From assembly GCA_041695225.1 (NCBI GenBank), contig JBGFRI010000035.1, forward strand, positions 1-64,000: 64,000 bases of DNA, read 5' to 3'. A program made the translations under genes and the position numbers. Below the pieces are notes generated by a model. That model was not told the DNA's origin and did not search any database. It worked only from the letters and a program-made list of their open reading frames with translations. The DNA is from Deinococcota bacterium. GTDB lineage: Bacteria; Deinococcota; Deinococci; Deinococcales; Thermaceae. Shown here in pieces: positions 1 through 7,915 of this stretch (positions within the stretch are counted from its first letter, which is position 1; the number at the start of each line of letters is the position of its first letter).

Positions 1-1772
1 TACCACCATATCATAATCCGGTATATGCAGGGGTTTTCCCCACACACGCGGGGATGAACCGTTATTATTTACACCTAACGTTACTGATGCTGGGTTTTCC
101 CCACACACGCGGGGATGAACCATACCACCATATCATAATCCGGTATATGCAGGGGTTTTCCCCACACACGCGGGGATGAACCGTTATTATTTACACCTAA
201 CGTTACTGATGCTGGGTTTTCCCCACACACGCGGGGATGAACCGCGATGGCAGCTTAGAAACTGCCATCGCCCATGGTTTTCCCCACACACGCGGGGATG
301 AACCGGAGTCAGCTTCCTGGCCGCCTCGTGAATTGCCGTTTTCCCCACACACGCGGGGATGAACCGGTGCGTAGCTGCGTCAGCAAATGACGCCGGGGAG
401 TTTTCCCCACACACGCGGGGATGAACCGAGAAATGTATCCAAGGATGGCCAATCTGCCAATGTTTTCCCCACACACGCGGGGATGAACCGTCAATAACCT
501 CACCCGAGTCGGTGGTGATGCGTTTTCCCCACACACGCGGGGATGAACCGAACAAGTTTTGTTTCCGTTTCGTATGGGTACTAGTTTTCCCCACACACGC
601 GGGGATGAACCGTGCATGCGGTTATCGCGGCCCCAGATTCTCTTGTTTTCCCCACACACGCGGGGATGAACCGCGGCATCAGCAATCCCCAAGTACGCAT
701 CTGCCGTTTTCCCCACACACGCGGGGATGAACCGGAGGACGCATGAAGCTCAGGCGGCACAAAACCGTTTTCCCCACACACGCGGGGATGAACCGTAGTG
801 ACCTTTTCCAAGTCATAGGCATCACGCGTTTTCCCCACACACGCGGGGATGAACCGACTTCCAGGCCCTAAAATGGGTCAGAACAGCCGTTTTCCCCACA
901 CACGCGGGGATGAACCGCGTACACCCGAGCCATTGCAGAGTTCACCAATGTTTTCCCCACACACGCGGGGATGAACCGAATGGCCAGAAAATGTACATTA
1001 TCGCTTCACTGTTTTCCCCACACACGCGGGGATGAACCGCCGAATCTCACCCATACTCTCACTCTCCTATTGTTTTCCCCACACACGCGGGGATGAACCG
1101 CCCAGGACTGGCTTCGTCCCGAAACTTCATCAGTATTCCCCACACACGCGGGGATGAACCGCCCCACAAAGAAGAGGAAAACATCAGGTAGATGTATTCC
1201 CCACACACGCGGGGATGAACCGATGCCGCCAACGCCAAGCGCCTGAGTTCGGTGCGTATTCCCCACACACGCGGGGATGAACCGGTAAGTTTCCCATCCG
1301 GGCTGAGTTGGAAGTTGTATTCCCCACACACGCGGGGATGAACCGAGAACAGTTTACTACTAAAGATAAACGTGATTGTATTCCCCACACACGCGGGGAT
1401 GAACCGAACTAACAGATGAATTTATAAACGCTTTTTTTGTATTCCCCACACACGCGGGGATGAACCGTCCAGGCCGACGAAGCGCGGCCAGTCCTCAGGG
1501 TATTCCCCACACACGCGGGGATGAACCGGCATTCAGCGCTTCCCGCTGGGTAGTTTGCAGGTATTCCCCACACACGCGGGGATGAACCGTACACGCTCAA
1601 ATACATCCCTGAGTTCTTCAAGTATTCCCCACACACGCGGGGATGAACCGGGTCCAACACCGCTGCCGAAGAGTACCCGCAGGTATTCCCCACACACGCG
1701 GGGATGAACCGACAATGCTCGTTGGGAAAGTTGTAGATGTAGAGTATTCCCCACACACGCGGGGATGAACCG
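1..1772 (+). CRISPR. Type I-E CRISPR array, regular portion: 29 repeats of 29 bp, spacers 31-33 bp; continues off the left edge
   Basis: Repeat GTTTTCCCCACACACGCGGGGATGAACCG (18 copies, 33-1100) then GTATTCCCCACACACGCGGGGATGAACCG (11 copies, 1133-1772), ~61-bp period. CCCC..GGGG stem and ATGAACCG 3' end match I-E repeats and give + orientation. ORF-track calls here are repeat artefacts. Confidence 0.98.
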
Positions 1773-1827
1773 GTCTCAGGTCGAAGGCCAGAACGCGAGA
1801 CCGTCGCAGACTTTCGATTTTTAACCC

Positions 1828-2019
1828 TTAATCCAGGCCCAACTCGCTACGCATCTGAGCCTCGAACTCGGGGTTCATCGCGAGATGCACCGCCTCGCCG
1901 GGGTCCTCAACAAAGCCCAGATCGGCCCGCTCTTCAGGGCTAAGTCGCTCCAATACCTCGGCCAGCTCCTCCGGTGGAAGCCGCAGGAGAGACTCGCGGG
2001 TAAGCGGCAAACTGCTCAT
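1828..2019 (-). CDS. Small acidic protein (63 aa), possible orphan antitoxin, inside a 342-bp CRISPR 'spacer'
   Basis: ATG preceded by TACCCT+6 nt (leaderless -10 pattern); 15 D/E vs 5 R and no K; helical LSPEER-type motif. Confidence 0.65.
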   Translation of the reverse strand: MSSLPLTRESLLRLPPEELAEVLERLSPEERADLGFVEDPGEAVHLAMNPEFEAQMRSELGLD

Positions 2020-2114
2020 ACTCCCAGGGTACTACCAGTCGTCGGCACAGGCAACTCCTTTTTCGACCATGTAGTTGCGCACTAACCTCCAGTGGGGTGA
2101 GTCTGGCGAGAGGT

Positions 2115-2143
2115 GTATTCCCCACACACGTGGGGATGAACCG
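2115..2143 (+). CRISPR. Displaced CRISPR repeat (1 mismatch)
   Basis: GTATTCCCCACACACGTGGGGATGAACCG; the C>T change gives a CCCCAC/GTGGGG stem. Confidence 0.97.
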
Positions 2144-2149
2144 GTCTGT

Positions 2150-2617
2150 CTACCGGCCACGTTCAAACTCCGGCACAATTACGACGGGCAGTTTTTCTCT
2201 TTTTGCCGCCGAGTAAAGTGGTTTGTCCAATGTAAAAAAATGTAGTTTGCTGCGAAACGTCTGTAAAGCAAGTGCTGCCGCCAGGTGCACGGCATCTGCT
2301 CCTTTCAAGGGATGCCCCTGACACAAGTGAAAGGCTTTCTCGCAGACCGTTCTTGATACAGGCAGCACCAGCCAGTTTTCCAGGTTGTTCAGCAAAAACG
2401 ACTGGATTGCTCTTCGTTCAGATTTACTGAGGTTTTTCCTTTGTACCATCGCTCCGGTTGCACCAGCGATTTCTGGTACAACCAGATTGCAAATGCCAAT
2501 GTAGGGTGTTTCTTGGTAAATCGATAAGGCCAGGCTACTGAAGTGTTCTTGAGTGTGTATCTGGATTAATGCGCTGGTATCAAAGACAACAAGCTCATCT
2601 CCGCTGTTCTCTGACAT
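2150..2617 (-). CDS. vapC: PIN-domain (VapC-type) toxin ribonuclease inside a 933-bp CRISPR 'spacer'
   Basis: N-terminal VVFDTSALI and C-terminal LKGADAVHLAAA...FFTLDKPL PIN motifs with the catalytic acidic residues; AT-richer than flanking host genes. Confidence 0.92.
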   Translation of the reverse strand: MSENSGDELVVFDTSALIQIHTQEHFSSLALSIYQETPYIGICNLVVPEIAGATGAMVQRKNLSKSERRAIQSFLLNNLENWLVLPVSRTVCEKAFHLCQGHPLKGADAVHLAAALALQTFRSKLHFFTLDKPLYSAAKREKLPVVIVPEFERGR

Positions 2618-2774
2618 AATCAAGGGAGCCTTTTTTGCCTTTGAGCTTCACTTGCGGGGGAAGCGGCCTCTTACCCGGATTGACAGGCTCGAGGACAAAG
2701 AAATCATACGCCCAAGAGGTTGAGTTGGGGCCAATGTTTTTTTGTTTAGGCGTTTTAGGCGCCGCACGTTTCAT
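2595..2774 (-). CDS. Putative VapB-type antitoxin, 59 aa (not in ORF track)
   Basis: Hand translation MKRAAPKTPKQKNIGPNSTSWAYDFFVLEPVNPGKRPLPPQVKLKGKKGSLDYVREQRR*; overlaps the vapC start; C-terminus resembles VapB tails; extended -10 TGaTAAGCT 6 nt before the ATG. Confidence 0.8.
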   Translation of the reverse strand: MKRAAPKTPKQKNIGPNSTSWAYDFFVLEPVNPGKRPLPPQVKLKGKKGSLDYVREQRR

Positions 2775-3076
2775 GTTCTCAGCTTATCATGCACGGCAGT
2801 TTTTCCATATCGCCTACCCCGCCCAGACCACTAGGGCAAAGACCACCACCTCGGCTACCTGACATGTGGCAGCCCTGTTTGTGGCGCAGATTGTGGAGCC
2901 TTCCCGGGCTCGGGTACATCCCCGCGGCCAGGACGGCGTAGGGGAAGAGGTCAGGCCACGTTTGCATGACCCTCTCAGCGCTGGGCCAGCCGATCCGGCC
3001 CGCCTGGGCCTGGCGTTTCAGGAAGGTTCGGGGGTCCACACAGTGGCTTAGAAATCTTTCTCGTTCGTACATGGGC

Positions 3077-3105
3077 GTATTCCCCACACACGCGGGGATG
3101 AACCG
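3077..3105 (+). CRISPR. Terminal CRISPR repeat (perfect GTATT variant)
   Basis: GTATTCCCCACACACGCGGGGATGAACCG exact match. Confidence 0.97.
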
Positions 3106-3161
3106 TGACCGCTCTTGTACGCCCCGTGGTTATGACAGCAGGGGTTTCCTTGTGCTGCCTT

Positions 3162-3238
3162 TGGTGGGCGCGACTGGACTCGAACCAGCGACCCCTACCG
3201 TGTCAAGGTAGTGCTCTAGCCATCTGAGCTACGCGCCC
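3162..3238 (-). tRNA. tRNA-Val(GAC)
   Basis: GGGCGCGTAGCTCAG...CTACC TT GAC AC GGTAG...GGTTCGAGTCC...GCGCCCACCA cloverleaf with encoded CCA. Confidence 0.97.
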
Positions 3239-3278
3239 GCGTGCAGTGTTTTTTGCCAACACCCCGACAAACGGTGGT

Positions 3279-3355
<77 letters not shown>

Positions 3356-3415
3356 GACTTTTGCCAAACACCCCCAGGGTCTGTTGATAGCGCCCGGAGT
3401 AACTCGGCAAAGGCT

Positions 3416-3444
3416 AGGTTAGCATCTGCCTGGGGGTGTGTCAA
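3416..3444 (-). promoter_or_regulatory. sigma-A promoter of the tRNA-Cys/Val operon
   Basis: TTGACA-17 nt-TAACCT on the minus strand upstream of tRNA-Cys. Confidence 0.8.
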
Positions 3445-3496
3445 ACGTTCTTTTGCGGCTTGCAATCTGGGCCAGAATCTACGGTACCATTGGGTG

Positions 3497-4927
3497 GTGC
3501 GCGAGGTGTTTATCAAAACCCCCGGAGGCTATCGCTGGCCCTTTTCCAAAGGGTTGCTGGTTGAGTCTATGATGCTGGCCGGCCTCAAAGTGGAACCCGC
3601 CATGTCGGTAGCACATACCATCGAGCAACAGCTCAAAACCCGGCGAAAGCCCGAGATTACCGCCCAGGCGCTCAAGAAACTGCTAATTCAGGAAGTGGAC
3701 AAGCAGTTTGGCCCCGAGCTGGCCGAGCGGCTTGGGGGGCAGACCCAGGCTTTTGAGGACATTATGGTCAAGGAGGGGTATCGCCGCCGGCCTTTCTCCA
3801 AAGGTGTGCTGGCGCGCAGCCTGGAAGACGCTGGGTTTTCCATGCGCGAGGCCAAGGCCATTGCGCTGGCGGTGGAGAACCGCTTGCGCCGCGCGGGAGT
3901 GCGCGAGATTGACTCGCCTCAGCTCGAAAAGTGGGTCAGCGCCGAAATTGAAAACTTGTATGGCGCCGCCGCCCGCGACCGCTATGCAGGTCGGCAGGCT
4001 CTGGCGGGAGAGATGTTTGTAGAAGAGAGGGAGGGGGAGCCCAGGGTTCCTTTTTCCAAGGGGGTGCTGGCCCAGTCGGTGATGGCGGTGGGCCTTTCAC
4101 CCGACTCGGCCTACCGCCTGGCACGGGATGTAGAGTCCCGCCTGCGCGAGGCTGGCTCGGTTGTCGTTACCCGCGACTACCTGCGCCGCACCGTGGCCGA
4201 GGAACTGCTCGAGGAGGCCGGGGAGGAAGCGGCCCGGCGCTATCACCTGCTCAGGGGAATCCGCCGGGCGGTAAAGCCAGTGCATCTGTTGATTGGCGGG
4301 GTGGCAGGGGTAGGGAAGAGCGTGCTGGCCTCGGCGCTGGCCTACCGGCTGGGCATTACCCGCATGATCTCGACCGATGCGGTAAGGGAAATTCTGCGGG
4401 CTACCATCCCCAAAGACCTTTTGCCCACACTGCACACCAGCAGCTTTGATGCCTGGCAGGCGCTTACCACTCCCCACACTACCGAACCCAGCCCTGCTGT
4501 GATAATGCAAGGGTTTCGGGATCAGGTTTCGCGGGTGGCGGTGGGGCTACGTGCCATCCAGGAGCGCAGCGCCAGGGAAAAAACCTCGCTGGTGGTCGAG
4601 GGGGTGCATGTGGTTCCGGGCTATATGACCCATCAGCACCAGAGCGAGGTCATACAGATTCCCATTATGCTGGTGCTGGAGGACGAAGAACTGCACCGCG
4701 ACCGCTTTACCCTGCGAGAGCGCGAGACCCGCGGCTCGCGTACCAGTGGGGCCTATACCCACCATTTCGAGCAGATTCGCCTGATTCAGCAGCACCTGGA
4801 GGAACAGGCCAGGGGCGCTGGCGTTCCTCTAATCGCCGCCGAAAACCTGGACCGGGCTATTGACAAGGGCCTCGAGGTGATTGGAGACCGCTTACAGGAG
4901 GTCTATTTTGACGTTGTGCAGGTCTAG
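3497..4927 (+). CDS. 2-phosphoglycerate-kinase-like P-loop kinase with three N-terminal ATP-cone domains
   Basis: Three PFSKG(L/V)L repeats, Walker A GGVAGVGKS, ISTDAVRE, VVEGVH. Start moved to GTG 3497 (TACCAT+6 nt) because the track ORF overlaps tRNA-Cys. Confidence 0.88.
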   Translation: MREVFIKTPGGYRWPFSKGLLVESMMLAGLKVEPAMSVAHTIEQQLKTRRKPEITAQALKKLLIQEVDKQFGPELAERLGGQTQAFEDIMVKEGYRRRPFSKGVLARSLEDAGFSMREAKAIALAVENRLRRAGVREIDSPQLEKWVSAEIENLYGAAARDRYAGRQALAGEMFVEEREGEPRVPFSKGVLAQSVMAVGLSPDSAYRLARDVESRLREAGSVVVTRDYLRRTVAEELLEEAGEEAARRYHLLRGIRRAVKPVHLLIGGVAGVGKSVLASALAYRLGITRMISTDAVREILRATIPKDLLPTLHTSSFDAWQALTTPHTTEPSPAVIMQGFRDQVSRVAVGLRAIQERSAREKTSLVVEGVHVVPGYMTHQHQSEVIQIPIMLVLEDEELHRDRFTLRERETRGSRTSGAYTHHFEQIRLIQQHLEEQARGAGVPLIAAENLDRAIDKGLEVIGDRLQEVYFDVVQV

Positions 4928-5066
4928 TGCCTGGTCAGGGGTTTGTGCCGGATCTTGCCCCTTTTGCCCACCGCGCCACAGAACAAGAGCGCTAACATAG
5001 TATGCGAGGGTAAAACCTGTACTTAAGCCACAAACTATTGCTCGGGCAGCGCGGTAGCCTTCAGTG

Positions 5067-6028
5067 GTGAGCGATTCTATTCAGATTAAGGGGCTTGGGG
5101 CCATAGACTGGGTGACGGAGTGACCGAGGATGCGGGTGATTAATCCATTCCCCCGCTTGGTCTTGGCACCTGGCAGTGGGGTGATCGGCTGGTCTGGGGC
5201 TTTGGAAAAGGCTACCAACAAGAAGACCTCCGGGCTGTATATCAGGCTGCGCTGCGGGGTGGGGTGCGCCTGGTTGATACGGCGGAGTTCTATGGGTTTG
5301 GCCTTGCGGAAAAACTGATCGGGCAGTATTTCCAGGCCCACGAGCCCCGGCCCCTGGTGGTAAGCAAGATGTTTCCGTACCCATGGCGGTTTTCCCGCAA
5401 GGCGCTGCTGGCAGCGCTCAAACAAAGCCTGAAGCGTTTGCAGATGAGCCAGCTAGACCTGTATATGCTGCACTGGCCCTGGAGACCAGTACCGCTGGAG
5501 CAATGGGCCGAGTCGCTGGCCGAAGCCCATGAGCAAGGGCTTACCAGAGCGGTGGGGGTCGCCAACCACGGCCTGCCCCAGCTCGAGCGCGTGGCGAAGG
5601 TGCTGGCGAGACACAAAGTTACCCTGGTAGCAAACCAGATCGAGTATCACCTGCTTCAGCGCGGGCCCGAACAGACCGGCCTGCTGCGGGCCATGCAGGC
5701 CGAGGGGGTAGCGCTGATGGCCTACAGTCCCCTGGCCATGGGCTGGCTTACCGGCAAGTACAGCCTGGATAACCCCCCGCCCGGGCGCTATCGGGCCCGC
5801 CGCTATGTGACCAAAAAAGACCGGATTCCCGCCCTTCTAAAGGCCCTGGGCCAGATTGCCCAGAGTTTGCACGCTACGACGGCCCAGGTGGCCCTGCGCT
5901 GGTGCATTCAGAAAGGCGCCCTACCCATTCCCGGCGCTAAAAACGCGCAGCAGGCCGAGAGCAACGCCGGAGCATTGGAAATTCGCCTGTCGGATGAAGA
6001 GATGTCCCTACTTAACTCGATCACATAG
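5067..6028 (+). pseudogene. Aldo/keto reductase interrupted by a 44-bp insertion
   Basis: AKR motifs LGLGTWQWG, DTAEFYG, LDLYMLHWP, AYSPLAMG, PIPGAK. Removing 5105-5148 joins GTG 5067 (TAGCCT+6 nt) in frame: MSDSIQIKGLGAIPPLGLGTW. Confidence 0.85.
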
Positions 6029-6210
6029 CACGATCTTCACCCATGCTTTGTTGACGAAGTTGTCTCGGGGTGGAGGCCCTTGGGCCGAAGAAGCAGTCCT
6101 GAAGAGGGCCTTAAGCCCCAGGGCCGCCGGGGTGACCTGGATAGCTTCCCGCTTATCGAGGGCTCGCGATGACGCACTTTTTATTCCTGAGTGTTTTGGC
6201 CCTATTCCCG

Positions 6211-7194
6211 TCAATATTGCGGGAAAACCCGCATGTCTAGCCGAAAGGTGAGGGTGGGTGGCTGGGGGCCCAGCCCGATGCTCAGCGCGCCGGTCATCTG
6301 GTAGTCGGGGTGGTTGTGGGTGTAGGCGGTGGTGAGCTGTGCCTGCCAGGGGTGTACGAACTGCAAGCGGGCGCTCAGGTTCCAGGTATCTTCTTCCCCC
6401 TGGGGCATTATCCACTGCCCGGCCAGGAAGTGAGCGGCCGGCAGCAACGGCATAGTGCTGGCGTAGCCACCCTCGAGCGTCCAGAAGCCCTGGTGAAGGC
6501 TACCGCTCAGGCCCAGGGCGTAGCGGGTTTTTAGGGGTTCAAGTAGCAGCCAGGTCTCGCCGTAGACCACCAGGCCTGCCAAGGTTCCGCTCCCACCCAG
6601 GCCAACTACGGGGCGTGAGTGGTAGAGGGCGTGGGCCTCGAGCTCGAAGGCTTCAAACTCCCGCCGCAGGCTCAGCACCGGCAGGGCCCTGCCAGCGTCC
6701 TCCAGAACGGCCAGACGCAACCGGGTTGCCGGAGGGTTCCAGCTTAGCCGCGCGCCCCAGCGCCCCTGGCGGCTACCCAGGGGAGTCAGGGGCTCGAGGC
6801 TAAATGGCAGGCTGAGGCGGGCTACCTCCAAAGGCAGCCGTTCCATCCCCAGACTCAGGTCCAGCTCGCCTTCGCGGTAGAGGGCATATAGCTCGGTCAG
6901 ACCTGCATGGGTGGTGACCTGGTGGGAAAAGCTGGCCCCCGGCTCTAGCACCAGGTTCAAACTCAACGGGCTCAGATGGTAGCGGGCCTCGAGGTGCCCC
7001 CCCAGCCCCCAGCCGGCCTGCAAAGGCAGGTTGCTTATGGCCAGGGCGGTGGAGAAACGCAGCTCGAGCCTGGTTGCGAGGTTTTGCGCCAGTGCAGGCT
7101 GCAGGCAACAGGCCAACAGGCACAAGCCAAGCCCGATGAGTGATGAGCGATGGGCAATGGGTTTTAGACTTTCCTGGCCCTGGACCCTAGACAC
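6211..7194 (-). CDS. Exported protein, probable outer-membrane beta-barrel
   Basis: Signal peptide ending ALA-Q, alternating beta-strand pattern, aromatic C-terminus; last gene of the ABC cluster; start uncertain. Confidence 0.65.
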   Translation of the reverse strand: MSRVQGQESLKPIAHRSSLIGLGLCLLACCLQPALAQNLATRLELRFSTALAISNLPLQAGWGLGGHLEARYHLSPLSLNLVLEPGASFSHQVTTHAGLTELYALYREGELDLSLGMERLPLEVARLSLPFSLEPLTPLGSRQGRWGARLSWNPPATRLRLAVLEDAGRALPVLSLRREFEAFELEAHALYHSRPVVGLGGSGTLAGLVVYGETWLLLEPLKTRYALGLSGSLHQGFWTLEGGYASTMPLLPAAHFLAGQWIMPQGEEDTWNLSARLQFVHPWQAQLTTAYTHNHPDYQMTGALSIGLGPQPPTLTFRLDMRVFPQY

Positions 7195-7210
7195 CAGACC
7201 CTCATCGCCG

Positions 7211-7885
7211 CTATGCGGCAATCTGCCCATCCTGCAGGCGCACAATCCGGTCTACCCGCTCCAGCAAGCGGGGGTCGTGGGTGCTGAACACAAAAGTGAC
7301 CCCCTGGGTGTGGTTGAGGGTGCGCATATGCTCGATCAGGGCCAGCCCGTTCTTGGAGTCCAGGTTGGCGGTCGGCTCGTCGGCCAGGATAATTTTGGGC
7401 TGAGCCGCCAGGGCCCGGGCTACTGCCACCCGTTGCTGCTGCCCGCCGGAGAGCTGGTTGGGGCGGCGGCTGGCCAGGTCCTGCATCCCCAGGTCCTGCA
7501 GGGCTTTTAGCGCCAGGGCCTCGCGCTCGGCCCTGGGCTTGCCGCGCAGCTCGAGCACAAATGCGGCATTTTCCAGCGCAGTCAGCACCGGAATCAGGTT
7601 ATAGGCTTGAAAGACAAAGCCCAGGTTCCACAGCCGCAGGTCGGCTAACTGGGTACGGCTGAGAAGGTCTATGCGCTCTCCTTCTAACCAGACCTCACCC
7701 CCGCTGGGCTTGTCCAGGCCGCCCATCAGGTGCAGCAGGGTGCTTTTCCCGCTGCCCGAGGGCCCGGCCAGGGCGGTAAACTCCCCTTGCGCTATCTCCA
7801 GGCTTACCCCTTGCAGGGCGGGGGTCTCCACCTGGCCCACGCGGTAAACTTTGGTTAAATCCTCTACCCGTAACACTGCTGTCAT
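7211..7885 (-). CDS. ABC transporter ATP-binding protein (LolD/MacB-like)
   Basis: GPSGSGKS, LSGGQQQRVAVARAL, ADEPTANLD; GGAGG RBS before ATG 7885. Confidence 0.95.
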   Translation of the reverse strand: MTAVLRVEDLTKVYRVGQVETPALQGVSLEIAQGEFTALAGPSGSGKSTLLHLMGGLDKPSGGEVWLEGERIDLLSRTQLADLRLWNLGFVFQAYNLIPVLTALENAAFVLELRGKPRAEREALALKALQDLGMQDLASRRPNQLSGGQQQRVAVARALAAQPKIILADEPTANLDSKNGLALIEHMRTLNHTQGVTFVFSTHDPRLLERVDRIVRLQDGQIAA

Positions 7886-7915
7886 TCTTGACCTCCACGG
7901 CAATTTCAACACTTC

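Noticed and set aside
187..1756. Minus-strand ORFs with VHPRVCGE / GSSPRVWG / RFIPACVG repeats
   Set aside because: Translations of CRISPR repeats, not genes.
1..1772. Self-targeting spacers within the window
   Set aside because: None spotted by eye; an exhaustive alignment could not be run.
3015..3046. Possible degenerate repeat one period before the last repeat (also GTGGGGTGA near 2092)
   Set aside because: Only scattered matches and no intact stem; expected by chance in GC-rich DNA.
2779..3087. 102-aa ORF in the second giant spacer
   Set aside because: Starts inside the repeat, no RBS or recognisable motif, and runs over the antitoxin promoter; a shorter version from ATG 3072 cannot be excluded.
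5101..5148. Programmed ribosomal bypass over the AKR insert
   Set aside because: No matched in-frame take-off/landing codons with an adjacent stop hairpin.
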